A DNA stretch of 64,000 nucleotides from an uncultured Acidimicrobiales bacterium (GCA_963733765.1 CAVTEI010000003.1:1370671-1434670); one strand, 5' to 3'; shown: positions 1 to 10,437, counted from the stretch's first letter. Notes: generated by a model not told the origin, from the letters alone. Numbers and translations are program-made.

Positions 1-677
1 GACCGATGAGCACGCGCACCCAGACGGGGATGTCGTTCGGGCTCGCCGTACCACGCGCGACGAGCACAGCGACGATGACCGCCATCGCCTTTTGACCGTC
101 GTTGGTGCCGTCCGCGGCCCCGACGAGACCGGAGGACACCCAGAGGCTCCCTCGGATCGGTCCGCTCGCTCGACGCGTCGCGCGCCGGAGTACGACTCCG
201 GTAGCCCATCGGCCGACCGCCGCGGCCGCGAGTCCGGCGATCGGTGCGACGACGACGGCGAGCGCGGCACCCCACACGCCGTAGGGGCGAATGCCGCGCA
301 GGCCGCCCCAGACGATGGCGCCGCTCTCGCCGGTCGCCCACGCCGCTCCTGCGAGCCCTCCGACCAACACGAGCCCCGCGCTCGACGGGGATGCCCAGTC
401 GGGCCGCGACCGTGAGGAACAGCACAGCCGAGACGGTGCCGGCGGCGGTGACAGTCGTCAGGTCGCCTGGAGCGACGTCGATCGAGCCCAGGATCGTGGC
501 GACGACGGCCGTACCCGTGAACACCGCACCCGCGAAGTGGGTGACGAAGCTCCAGCCGAGGATCGAGCGCACCGTGCCGGCCCGCGCGGCGACGAGGTTC
601 GCGCTCGCGTTGCCCGCGGCCGACTGCCCGATCGTCAGGGCAAGAGCGAACGCCGCGACGATCGCGACGGCGGTCAA
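1..677 (-). CDS. PiT family inorganic phosphate/anion transporter (3' end outside the window; +1 frameshift near 385)
   Basis: Manual translation from TTG 677: MTAVAIVAAFALALTIGQSAAGNASANLVAARA...LGIPV/SAGLVLVGGLAGAA...GAADGTNDGQKAMAVI. The GIPVS...VGG and GxND.QK motifs are PiT-like. Not in the ORF track. Confidence 0.8.
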   Translation of the reverse strand, partial: MTAVAIVAAFALALTIGQSAAGNASANLVAARAGTVRSILGWSFVTHFAGAVFTGTAVVATILGSIDVAPGDLTTVTAAGTVSAVLFLTVAARLGIPVERGARVGRRARRSGVGDRRERRHRLGRPARHSPLRRVGCRARRRRRTDRRTRGRGGRPMGYRSRTPARDASSERTDPREPLGVLRSRRGRGRHQRRSKGDGGHRRCARRAWYGEPERHPRLGARAHR

Positions 678-680
678 CGA

Positions 681-1254
681 CTACCCAATCGCTGCGCCGA
701 CGAGAGCGAGGACGCCGATGATTGCGAAGATGACGGCCGCGCCGTACCGGATCGCCCGCTGAGGCAGACGATCGCCGGCCGCCGCGGCCGACGACGATCG
801 CGATCGCATCGGCAGCCACCATTCCCAGTGTCGAGCCGACCCAGACACCGAAGAGCCCGTACTCCGTCGCCAACGTGATCGTCGCGAGCATCGTCTTGTC
901 GCCGAGCTCGGACAGCAGGAACAAGCCGCCGACGGTCAGGACGATGGAGCCGTGTGACTGGGTGAGGCGCGCTTCGTCCTCCTCGTCGAGCGTGTCGCCC
1001 CGCAGAGTCCACAACGCGAACACGAGGAACGCGACACCCGACGCCGCCTCGATGGCGCGCTCCGGGAGCGCAGCGCCGACCGCTGCACCGAGCGCGACCG
1101 ACACCAAATGGACGATGGCGGTCGCGGCGGTGATCCCGATCAGCACCGGGATCGCCGGGTAGCGCGTCGCGAAGCCGAGCGCCATGAGCTGGCTCTTGTC
1201 GCCGAGTTCGGCGACGAAGATGATGCCGAAGCTGACCAGGAAGGCTTCGATCAC
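681..1254 (-). CDS. TMEM165/GDT1 (UPF0016) family Mn2+/Ca2+ transporter (+1 frameshift near 785)
   Basis: Manual translation MIEAFLVSFGIIFVAELGDKSQLMAL...FLLSELGDKTMLATITLA gives two ExGD(K)(S/T) repeats. The GTG start overlaps the upstream stop (GTGA). Confidence 0.9.
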
Positions 1255-2357
1255 GTGGCCGGGGCGGGCCGGACAACGCTCCCTGGTTGATAGCGGCGAC
1301 GGAACAGGAGGTACGCGACCAGCCCGGCCAGCATTGGCAGCCAGTACGACGCAAGGCGGTAGATCAGCGTCGCGAGGACGGCTTCTCCCGCTCCCACGCC
1401 CGCGAGCGCCAACGTCGCGGTGAGCCCCGCTTCGACGAAGCCGAGCCCGCCGGGGGTGATCGGGATCATTCCGAGGATCTGCGCGCCGGCATAGGCAAGC
1501 AGGACGAGCGAGGGGTCGGGATGGGCCCCCACTGCGGTGAGCGCGGCGAGAAGAGTCAGAAAGTCGAACAGGGAGCGCCCGGTCGCGCTGAGGATGGCGG
1601 CTCCGAGGTGTGTGCCGAGTGCCGATCGAATGAGGTCGCGCTCCTTCACCAATCGATCGGGAAGGTCGGTGACGGGCGCCTCCTTGCGCTGGATGCGATT
1701 GCGGATGCGTTGGATCACCGAGCCGATGATCTCGAGCGGGCGGTCGAAGATCAGAAGGCACCCGGCGCCGATGGCGAGCAGCACAAATCCGCCGGCGCCG
1801 ATCCACGCCGCTTGTGCGAGGCCAGAAGGCACCCTCGTACCGGAGAGGATGGCGGGCAACACGAGCACCGGCAGCACGAACACCGTGCCGGTGGTGAGCA
1901 GGGACAGCGCGGTGATCGATGTGCCCGCCGTCGCGGCGTTGATGCCGGCGACGGTGAGCATCCTGAACTGCATCGCGGCCCCGGCCGCCTGGCCGCCGGG
2001 CACGATGCGCGTGAGCGCCCCGCTCGCGAGCTGAGATGTCGCGACCGAGAACCACGCCTTCGTCCTGAGCGCGATGCGCTGAAGGTTCCAGAAGCAGACG
2101 AGGCTCGCCGTCTGCGTGGCGATGATGAGAGGGAACCACAGCGGGTTGACCGTTTCGAGGTCCTGCCAGGACCCCAGCACCGAGATGATCGCGGGGAACA
2201 ACAGGTAGAGCGAGAACGCGGTGATGACGAGCATCACGATGCGCCAGATGAGCTTGCGCCGGCTCGGGGTGGAGACCTGCCCTGTTGTGCGCGTCTCGTC
2301 GATCGCCGCGTTGATGGCAGCGACGCGCGGCATCTCGGTTTCGTGGTCGGCGGCCAC
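1251..2357 (-). CDS. Lysylphosphatidylglycerol synthase TM / flippase-like (UPF0104) membrane protein
   Basis: Polytopic protein with IPITPGGLGFVEAGL and ATLIYRLASYWLP motifs. Start placed at GTG 2357, 6 nt after TACCGT. Confidence 0.85.
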   Translation of the reverse strand: MAADHETEMPRVAAINAAIDETRTTGQVSTPSRRKLIWRIVMLVITAFSLYLLFPAIISVLGSWQDLETVNPLWFPLIIATQTASLVCFWNLQRIALRTKAWFSVATSQLASGALTRIVPGGQAAGAAMQFRMLTVAGINAATAGTSITALSLLTTGTVFVLPVLVLPAILSGTRVPSGLAQAAWIGAGGFVLLAIGAGCLLIFDRPLEIIGSVIQRIRNRIQRKEAPVTDLPDRLVKERDLIRSALGTHLGAAILSATGRSLFDFLTLLAALTAVGAHPDPSLVLLAYAGAQILGMIPITPGGLGFVEAGLTATLALAGVGAGEAVLATLIYRLASYWLPMLAGLVAYLLFRRRYQPGSVVRPAPAT

Positions 2358-2408
2358 CGTGCCACGGTAGCGACTGCTCACCAGGGTCCCTGAGTAACGT
2401 CACCGAAC

Positions 2409-3354
2409 ATGGGTGTTCTCGCCGACCTCACGAGCGCGTGCGGGGAGAACCCCGGCAACGCGTGTGAGTGGGTGTTCGAGCAGACCGGGAACGAGTGGCT
2501 GGCGGAAGCGGCGGGCTGGCTCGTCGACAAGCCGTTGCAGATCCTGATCGCGGTCGTCGTCACGTTCATCCTGGCGTGGGGGCTCCGGCGCGTCGTGAAG
2601 CGAGGAATGCGCAGGTTCGTCGTCCTCAGCGGCCGCAACCCACTCTCGCAAGAGGCGCCCGAGCAGCTCGAGCAGCGAGCCGGCACCCTCGCCACGGTGT
2701 CGTCGAGCACGGTGGTCGCGCTCGTCTACGCGGCCGGAGGCCTCGTGGATCCTCGCGATCCTCGGCGTCGACGTGAGGGCCCTGGCGATCGGCAGCGCCT
2801 TCGTCGGCGCCGCGCTGGGCTTCGGCGCGCAGCAGATCGTGAAGGACGTGCTCGCCGGCTTCCTGATGCTCGTCGAGAACCAGTTCGGCGTGGGCGACAC
2901 CATCGAGATCGGAGACGTCGAGGGTGTCGTGGAGCGCGTGTCGATCAGAGTCACGGATGTTCGCGACGGGCAGGGCACGCTCTGGCACATCGCCAACGGC
3001 GACATCCGCGTGCTCGGCAACAAGTCGTCGGAATACTCAACGGCCGTGCTCGATGTGCAAGTGAGTGTGGAGGTTGCGGCGACCAGGGCGATCGACGTCG
3101 TGAGCGGACTCGCCGCGGAGTCCGCGAAGGATCCCGCGATCGCCCCGCTCTTGCTCGGTCCGCCCAAGGTCGTGGGCGTGCAGGCGCTAGCACCCGATCA
3201 CATGACGATCAGGGTGACCGCGCGTACGAAGCCGGGCAAGCAGTTCGAGGTGCAGCGGCTGATGCGCATCCCCCTGAAGGACGGCCTCGACGCCGAAGGG
3301 CTGTACGCCGGTACCTCAGCGGCGGCTGCCGCCCCGACGCCCCCTCTGCTGTAG
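2409..3354 (+). CDS. mscS: MscS family mechanosensitive channel (+1 frameshift near 2740)
   Basis: GAALGFGAQQIVKDVLAGFLMLVENQFGVGDTIEIG...GVVERVSIRVT; N- and C-terminal halves lie in ORFs 2409 and 2773. Confidence 0.88.
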
Positions 3355-3357
3355 CCC

Positions 3358-3417
3358 CAGCCGGTTTTCTTGGCGCTGCTGGGTGTCAGAGACCCGCTGG
3401 CGCCAGAGAATCGGCTG
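3358..3417. terminator. Long imperfect hairpin between convergent mscS and valS (terminator or REP-like)
   Basis: CAGCCGGTTTTCT-TGGCGC...GGGT/ACCC...GCGCCA-GAGAATCGGCTG pair, with G-U wobbles. Confidence 0.6.
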
Positions 3418-3419
3418 AC

Positions 3420-5978
3420 CTATCCAGGGTCGGCGGCGAGCTCGACCTCGATCTCGGCGGGGCCGGATGCGTCGCTGAGCAGCTCGAGGTCGACGTTCTT
3501 GATCGAGCCGGCTTCCTTCAGATCGTCGAGCGCGAACCGCAGCGCGTCGAGGCGGTCGCCCGTGTCTCGGACGACCACGCGGTCGACTGGTGCGCGCATC
3601 GACTTCCGTGCTTCGGACTTCGCCTTGCGCACCGCGCCGAGCACCTCTCCCGCGACCTCTGCAACAAGCCGGTCGCCGTCGCTGGCGGCCGCGCGCACGT
3701 CGTCGGCGTCGGGCCACGCCGATCGGTGCACCGATCCGTCCTGCCACCATGACCACGCTTCCTCGGTCACGTACGGCGTGATCGGCGCGAGCAAGCGCAG
3801 GAGTGTCGACAGCGCGCGACGCAACGCTGCGTTCGCCGACGCGGCGCCCTCGGGCCCGGCGGCTCCGTAGGCCCGTCCCTTCACGAGCTCGACGTAGTCG
3901 TCACAGAACGTCCAGAAGAACGCTTCGGTGCGCTCGAGCGCGCGTGCGTAGTCGTAGGCGTCGAAGGCGATGGTCGCTTGGTCGACGACGTCGGCGAGCA
4001 GCGTGAGCATCGCCCGGTCGAGCGAGTCAGTGATGTCGGAGTCGGAGGTCTCGTGCTCGCCGGCGAGACCGAGCACGAACTTGCTCGCGTTCAAGATCTT
4101 GATCGCAAGGCGGCGCCCCACCTTCATCTGGTTCTTGTCGAGCGAGAGGTCCTGCCCCGGCCGTCCGTTCGCGGCCCAGTACCGAATCGCGTCGGAGCCG
4201 AACGTTGACAGCAAGCCGTTGGGGTCGTCCTCGCTGTTGCCCTTCGACTTCGAGAGCTTCTTGCGGTCGGGGTCGTTCACGAAGCCGGAGATCGCGGCAT
4301 CGCGCCACGGCAGCACGCCGTGCATGAGGTGCGACCGGACGACGCTGTAGAAGAGCCATGTGCGGATGATGTCGTGCGCCTGCGGACGCATGTCCATCGG
4401 GAACACGCGCGCGAACAGGTCAGGGTCTTCGACCCAGCCCGAGATGATGTGGGGCGACACCGACGAGGTGGCCCACGTGTCCATGACATCAGGGTCGCCG
4501 GCGAACCCGCCCGGCTGACCGCGCTGGGAGTCGTCGCAACCAGGGGGGACGTCGGTCGACGGGTCGATGGGAAGGTCGTCCTCGCTGGCGAAGATCGGCC
4601 GGCTGCGGTCGAGCGTTCCGTCGTCGAGCACCGGATACCAGACCGGGAACGGGACACCGAAGAACCGCTGGCGCGTGATGTTCCAGTCGCCGGCGAGACC
4701 GTTGACCCAGTTCTCGTAGCGGACGCGCATGAAGTCGGGGAACCACCGCAGCTCACGCCCGCGCGCCAGGAGCTCGTCGGTGGGTGGGTACTTGATGAAC
4801 CACTGCCAGCTCGTGACGATCTCGAGCGGGCGATTGCCGTTCTCCCAGAACTTCACAGGGTGGGTGATCGGCTTCGGCTCTCCGACCGAGTCGCCCGACG
4901 CGGCAAGGAGCTCGACGATGCGCGTCTGCGCCTGCGAGACCGTGCGTCCCGTGATCTCGCGCCACGGCCCGTCGCGGTCGATGCCCGCGGGCGGCGCCTC
5001 GACGATGCGGCCGTCGCGCCCCACGATCGAACGCACCGGCAGCCCGAGCTCGCGCCACCAGATCACGTCAGTCGTGTCGCCGAACGTGCAGATCATCGCG
5101 ATGCCCGACCCCTTCTCGGGATCGGCGAGCTCGTGCGCGACGACGGGCACCTCGACGCCGAACAGGGGTGTGCGCACGGTCGTGCCGAACAGCGGCTTGT
5201 AGCGGGCGTCGTCGGGATGCGCGACGACGGCGACGCACGCGGCCAGAAGCTCGGGCCGGGTCGTCTCGATGAAGACGGGCTCGCCGGTCGCCGTCGAGCG
5301 AAAGCCGACGCGGTGGTACGCGCCGGGGCGCTCGCGGTCCTCGAGCTCGGCTTGGGCGACCGAGGTCTTGAAGTCGACGTCCCATAACGTCGGTGCTTCC
5401 GCCAAGTGCGCGTGACCCTCGTTCAGCAGGCGCAAGAATGCACGTTGCGACGTGCGGCGGGCCTTCGCGCCGATCGTCGTATACGTCTGGCGCCAGTCGA
5501 CCGAGAGGCCGACCCGGGTCCAGAGCTCGAGGTACGCCTGCTCGAGCTCTTCGGTGAGCTCGGCGCAGAGCGCGACGAAGTTGGGCCGCGAGATCGGGAT
5601 CGGCTGCTTCGGGGGTGTCGCGGGCGCGACGAAGGAGGGGTCGAACGGCAGCGACGGATCACACGTGACGCCGTAGGTGAGCTGGACGCGGCGCTCGACG
5701 TTGAGCCCGTTGTCGTCCCAGCCCATCGGGTAGAAGACCTCTTGCCCGCGCATGCGGCGGTAGCGGGCGACCATGTCGGTCTGGCTGTACGAGCACACGT
5801 GACCGGGATGGAGGGCGCCGCTGACCGTCGGCGGGGGAGTGTCGATCGAGAAGATCTGCTCGCGGGTCTTTGTGCGATCGAAGTGGTAGGTGCCGTCGCG
5901 CTCCCAGGCCGCGCTCCACTTCTGCTCGAGCCCTTCGAGCGTCGGCTTCTCGGGTGCGGTCGTTTCGCGGACGGACAT
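3420..5978 (-). CDS. valS: Valine--tRNA ligase (type 2, actinobacterial/archaeal-like)
   Basis: 852 aa; SIDTPPPTVSGALHPGH, MGWDDNGL, DWNITRQRFFGVPFP, DVMDTWATSS, RPQAHDIIRTW, KLSKSKGN. Confidence 0.97.
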   Translation of the reverse strand: MSVRETTAPEKPTLEGLEQKWSAAWERDGTYHFDRTKTREQIFSIDTPPPTVSGALHPGHVCSYSQTDMVARYRRMRGQEVFYPMGWDDNGLNVERRVQLTYGVTCDPSLPFDPSFVAPATPPKQPIPISRPNFVALCAELTEELEQAYLELWTRVGLSVDWRQTYTTIGAKARRTSQRAFLRLLNEGHAHLAEAPTLWDVDFKTSVAQAELEDRERPGAYHRVGFRSTATGEPVFIETTRPELLAACVAVVAHPDDARYKPLFGTTVRTPLFGVEVPVVAHELADPEKGSGIAMICTFGDTTDVIWWRELGLPVRSIVGRDGRIVEAPPAGIDRDGPWREITGRTVSQAQTRIVELLAASGDSVGEPKPITHPVKFWENGNRPLEIVTSWQWFIKYPPTDELLARGRELRWFPDFMRVRYENWVNGLAGDWNITRQRFFGVPFPVWYPVLDDGTLDRSRPIFASEDDLPIDPSTDVPPGCDDSQRGQPGGFAGDPDVMDTWATSSVSPHIISGWVEDPDLFARVFPMDMRPQAHDIIRTWLFYSVVRSHLMHGVLPWRDAAISGFVNDPDRKKLSKSKGNSEDDPNGLLSTFGSDAIRYWAANGRPGQDLSLDKNQMKVGRRLAIKILNASKFVLGLAGEHETSDSDITDSLDRAMLTLLADVVDQATIAFDAYDYARALERTEAFFWTFCDDYVELVKGRAYGAAGPEGAASANAALRRALSTLLRLLAPITPYVTEEAWSWWQDGSVHRSAWPDADDVRAAASDGDRLVAEVAGEVLGAVRKAKSEARKSMRAPVDRVVVRDTGDRLDALRFALDDLKEAGSIKNVDLELLSDASGPAEIEVELAADPG

Positions 5979-6030
5979 GGTGGAGAAACGCTACCGGGCG
6001 CGGTAGGGGCTCCCCGCTACCGTTTCCGTC

Positions 6031-7397
6031 GTGATCCACCTCCACGACACCGCCTCCGGCACTGTCCGCGAGCTCGCGCTGCGCGAGCCGGGCAAGGTGG
6101 GCATGTACGTGTGTGGGCCGACCGTCTACGGACCTCCGCATCTCGGCCACGGCCGATTTTCGCTCGTGTTCGATGTGTTGCGCCGGTACCTCGAGTGGAC
6201 CGGGCTCGAGGTGCGCTACGTCTCGAACATCACTGACATCGACGATCACATCATCGACCGCGCCAACCGCGAGGGCCGTTCCTCCGAGGAGATCGCGGTG
6301 AAGTGCGAGGCCGTCTGGTACCAGGCGATGGATGCGATCGGCGTGAAGCGACCCACGGTCGATCCCCACGCGACCGCGTACGTCGACGAGATGATTGCCC
6401 TGGTCGAAGAGCTCGTCGATCGAAGCCGGGCCTACGTCACGAGCGACGGCGTGTACCTGTCTGTCGAGACGGTCGAGGGCTACGGGCTGCTCGCGCGGCA
6501 GTCGCTCGACGAGATGCGGGCCGGCGGCGGCGACCGCGATCTCGTCGGTGAAGAGAAGCGATCGCCCGGCCGACTTCGTGCTCTGGAAGTTCGCCAAGCC
6601 GGGCGAGCCGTCGTGGGACTCGCCATGGGGTCCGGGGCGGCCCGGTTGGCACACGGAGTGCGTCGTCATGTCGCTCGACCTGCTCGGTGAAGGCTTCGAC
6701 ATCCACGGCGGTGGCCAGGATCTCGCGTTCCCGCATCACGAGAACGAGCGCGCACAGGCCGTCGCGCTCAGCAAGCAATTCGCGAGGCATTGGGTGCACA
6801 ACGGCTTTGTCGAAGTCGGCGGCGAGAAGATGTCGAAGTCGCTCGGCAACTTCACCAATCTGCTCGACCTCATCGAGACCGTGGATCCCCGTGCGTACCG
6901 GCTGTTGGTCCTGCAGTCGCATTACAGGTCGCCGCTCGAGATCAGCCGCGACACGACCGACCACGCGGAGCGTTCGCTCGCCGGGCTCGACGCGTTCGCG
7001 CGCCGGGTCGCCGTCGATCTCCCAGGGTGGCATCCCGCCGACCACGAGGCGATGGATCGATTCCGAGACCTGATGGACGACGACCTCGACACGCCCGGTG
7101 CGATGGCCCTGATGTTCGACCTCGTGCGGAAGGTCAACGCGGCGCTCGATGCCGGGTGACATGGCCGCGGCAGCGCCGCTCGCCGGTGCGGTGATGGCGA
7201 TCTGCGAGGCCGTGGGGCTCGAGCTTCGATCTGAGGTCGGTGAGGTGCCGCCGGAGATCGCGGCGTTGGCCCTCGAGCGCGACGAAGCCCGAGCCGCCAA
7301 GGACTTCGCCCGGGCCGACGCCATCCGGGCCGAGCTGCAGGCCGGGGGCTGGGTCGTCGAGGACACCGCGAACGGCACGCTCGTGCGTCAGCCCTGA
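6031..7397 (+). CDS. cysS: Cysteine--tRNA ligase (two +1 frameshifts near 6567 and 7155)
   Basis: MYVCGPTVYGPPHLGHGR, NITDIDD, DFVLWK...GRPGWHTEC, DIHGGGQDLAFPHHENE, KMSKSLGN, C-terminal KDFARADAIRAEL. Confidence 0.95.
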
Positions 7398-7412
7398 CGC
7401 GGCCGTGCTGAT

Positions 7413-8696
7413 TTGACGACAGCCCCGGCGGGGCCGAACGCTTCCCCGGTGCTGGGGCGACGAGCGAAGGGCGATCGAACGCCGTTCCCGCCCGGCTTCG
7501 GCACGATCTGGACGACCGTCGCGCTCGACCTCATCGGTTTCGGCATCGTGCTGCCGATCCTGCCGCTCTACGCGGAACGCTTCGGCGCGAGCGCCACCAC
7601 CATCGGCGTCCTGCTGGCGTCGTTCTCGGTCGCGCAGCTGCTGCTCGCCCCGGTGTGGGGCCGACTGTCGGATCGTGTCGGCCGCAAGCCCGTCATCCTC
7701 ATCTCGCTCTTCGGCACGGCCGCGGGCAGCTTCCTCACGGGGGCCGCTGGCTCACTGCCGTTGCTCTTTCTCGGCCGGCTCGTCGACGGTGCCTCGGGAG
7801 CGAGCGTCTCGGTCGCGCAAGCGGCGGTGGCCGATGTCGCCGAACCCGCCGACCGCCCCCGACTGCTCGGCTTGCTGTCCGCCGCGTTCGGCGTCGGTTT
7901 TGTCGCCGGACCGGCCATCGGCGCCCTCGCCGCGCTCGGCGGGCCACATGTGCCTTTCTATCTCGCCGGATGCCTCGCGCTGGTGAACGGGCTCGTCGCG
8001 ATCCGTCGCCTCCCCGAGACTGCCCCCGCGCGCGTCGAGTCGACGTCGGATCACCGCCAAGCGGCCGAAAAGCTCGCTCCCGATGTGCGGACCGACCTGT
8101 GGCGACTCGCGATCTGCGCATTCGCGGCAACGTCCGCGTTCGCCGGCTTCGAGGCCACGTTCGCCCTGTTCGGCGAGGATCGATTCGATCTCACACTGAG
8201 CTCGATCGGGTTCGTCTTCGCCGGCATCGGCCTCTTCCTTGTGCTCGTCCAGGCGACGCTGGTGCAGCCCGTGGTCCAACGACTCGGCCCGGCGGGCACG
8301 CTGCGCGCGGGCCTCGGCCTCAACATCGTCGGTCTGTTGTTGCTGGCGGTCGCCGTCCACTGGGTCGTGCTCGTCGCCGCACTCGCCGCGTTGATCGTCG
8401 GGCAGGGCTTGACGTCACCGACGCTCGCATCGCTCGTCGCCGGCCGCTCGCCGATCGAGCGCCGCGGGCACACGCTCGGTCTGCAACAGATGTCATCGGG
8501 ATTTGGCCGTGTGCTGGGCCCGATCATGGCGGGCGCGCTCTTCCAGCACATCGGTGTCGGCGCGCCCTACGTGCTCGGTGCCGGCATCACCGCCGCCGCA
8601 CTCGCGCTGGTGCTCACACTCCACGAGCGAACCGATTGCTCACTCAACCACCGCATAGGGGGGTCGAGTGAGCAAACGGTGTCAGGTCTCGGGTGA
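7413..8696 (+). CDS. MFS transporter, DHA1/TetA-like
   Basis: LDLIGFGIVLPILP, motif A GRLSDRVGRKPV, about 12 TM segments; start uncertain. Confidence 0.88.
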   Translation: MTTAPAGPNASPVLGRRAKGDRTPFPPGFGTIWTTVALDLIGFGIVLPILPLYAERFGASATTIGVLLASFSVAQLLLAPVWGRLSDRVGRKPVILISLFGTAAGSFLTGAAGSLPLLFLGRLVDGASGASVSVAQAAVADVAEPADRPRLLGLLSAAFGVGFVAGPAIGALAALGGPHVPFYLAGCLALVNGLVAIRRLPETAPARVESTSDHRQAAEKLAPDVRTDLWRLAICAFAATSAFAGFEATFALFGEDRFDLTLSSIGFVFAGIGLFLVLVQATLVQPVVQRLGPAGTLRAGLGLNIVGLLLLAVAVHWVVLVAALAALIVGQGLTSPTLASLVAGRSPIERRGHTLGLQQMSSGFGRVLGPIMAGALFQHIGVGAPYVLGAGITAAALALVLTLHERTDCSLNHRIGGSSEQTVSGLG

Positions 8697-9128
8697 CTCC
8701 GTCGGTGGCCATGAGCGCCGCGAGTCGTCCATGGGACTCATGAGCCCGATGTCGTTGCCATCCGGGTCGGCCACGATCGCGTAGCACGCTCCCCAGAACG
8801 CGTCGAACGGCGGCTGACGGCCGGTGTATCCCGCCGCGGTGAGCGCTGCGTAGCGCGCGTCGACCGCTTCGCGGCTGTCGAACGAAAAACCCACGACGAC
8901 GGTGGCGCTCCAGGGATCGGCGCGCCAGCCCGCGTGCCACAGGCGAACCGAGTCCGCAGCGTCGAGCTCGAGGCTGAAACCGCTCGGCATCGTGAGCTGC
9001 ACGTGCGTGTGCTCGCCCTCGACGCCCTTGGGCTCGACCCCCGCGAGCCGGCGGTAGAACTCGACCGAGGCCGCCACGTCCTTCACGATCAGGTTCAACA
9101 TCCGCAGGTCAGGGGCACTGCCGCTCAT
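8682..9128 (-). CDS. VOC/glyoxalase family protein
   Basis: LNLIVKDVAASVEFYRRL...PFDAFWGACYAIVADPDGNDIGL. Confidence 0.88.
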   Translation of the reverse strand: MSGSAPDLRMLNLIVKDVAASVEFYRRLAGVEPKGVEGEHTHVQLTMPSGFSLELDAADSVRLWHAGWRADPWSATVVVGFSFDSREAVDARYAALTAAGYTGRQPPFDAFWGACYAIVADPDGNDIGLMSPMDDSRRSWPPTESPET

Positions 9129-9165
9129 GTCTGATTGTTTCCCGCAGGATGAGTTGCAGTTCGTT

Positions 9166-9183
9166 GTTACCGACGGGTAACTT
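9166..9183 (+). promoter_or_regulatory. GTTACC-N4-GGTAAC palindromic operator overlapping the -10 element (TAACTT) of the acyl-CoA dehydrogenase gene
   Basis: GTTACCGACGGGTAAC at 9166-9181; TAACTT at 9178-9183 lies 6 nt before ATG 9190; same motif at 33739-33756. Confidence 0.65.
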
Positions 9184-9189
9184 GGCGGG

Positions 9190-10406
9190 ATGACCGACTT
9201 CTCCCTCGACCTCAGCGAGGACCATCTGCAGCTCCAGAAGTGGGTGCACGACTTCGCCGAGAACGTCGTGCGGCCCGTCGCCCACGAGTGGGACGAGCGC
9301 GAGGAGTTCCCGTGGCCCGTCGTACAGGAGGCCGCGAACATCGGCCTGTACGGCTTCGACTTCATGGCCAACGCGTTCACCGACCCGACCGGGCTGACGT
9401 TGCCGGTGTGCCTCGAGGAGCTGTGGTGGGGTGACGCCGGCATCGGGCTTGCCCTCTTCGGTTCGGCGCTCGCCGCTGCCGGGATCTCTGGCAACGGCAC
9501 CCCCGAGCAGGTCATCGAGTGGGTGCCGCAGTGCTACGGCACTCCCGAGAAGATTCAGCTCGGCGCGTTCTGCGTGAGCGAGCCCGACGCCGGCAGCGAC
9601 GTGTCGTCGCTGCGCACGCGAGCCGTGTACGACGAGGCGAAGGACGAATGGGTGCTGAACGGCACCAAGGCCTGGATCACCAACGGCGGCATCGCCGACG
9701 TGCACGTGGTCGTCGCCGCGGTGGATCCCGCGCTGAAGGGCCGGGGGCAGGCGAGCTTCATCGTTCCGCCCGGCACGAAGGGACTGTCGCAAGGCCAGAA
9801 GTACCAGAAGCACGGCATCCGCGCGAGCCACACCGCCGAGGTCGTGCTCGACGACGTGCGCGTGCCAGGCCGGTGCTTGCTCGGCGGCAAGGAGAAGCTC
9901 GACGCGAAGCTCGCCAAGGCTCGCGACGCGGGACACACCGGCGCGAAGCAGCCGGCGATGGCGACGTTCGAGGCGACACGTCCCGCGGTCGGCGCGCAAG
10001 CGCTCGGCATCGCCGCGCGGCGTACGAATACTCACTCGAGTACGCGAAAGAGCGTCACGCGTTCGGTCGCCCGATCATCATGAACCAGGCCATTGCGTTC
10101 AAGCTCGCCGACATGCGCATGGAGATCGACGCGGCGAGGCTCCTCGTATGGCGGGCCGCGTGGATGGCTCGCAACGGCAAGCAATTTGTCGCCGGCGAGG
10201 GGTCGATGTCGAAGCTGAAGGCCGGCGAGGTCGCCGTGAAGGTGACAGAAGAGGCAATCCAGATCCTCGGTGGCTACGGCTATACCCGGGAGTACCCCGT
10301 TGAGCGCTGGCACCGCGACGCCAAGATCTACACGATCTTCGAAGGCACGTCCGAGATCCAGCGGCTGGTGATCGCAAGGGCAATCAGCGGTCTGCGGGTC
10401 GAGTAG
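9190..10406 (+). CDS. Acyl-CoA dehydrogenase (-1 frameshift near 10013)
   Basis: [60 protein letters not shown]. Confidence 0.95.
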
Positions 10407-10430
10407 GTCTGGCTGATCGTCTGGCTGATC
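10407..10430. repeat. 12-bp tandem duplication (GTCTGGCTGATC x2) at a convergent gene junction
   Basis: Read directly from the sequence. Confidence 0.85.
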
Positions 10431-10437
10431 GCTTGAG

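Noticed and set aside
6031..7397. Programmed frameshifting or pseudogenisation of cysS
   Set aside because: No slippery site was evident and similar indels occur in many unrelated genes; sequencing error is more parsimonious.
7413..8696. Tetracycline resistance gene tetA
   Set aside because: Only family-level DHA1 similarity, no adjacent tetR; the substrate cannot be assigned.
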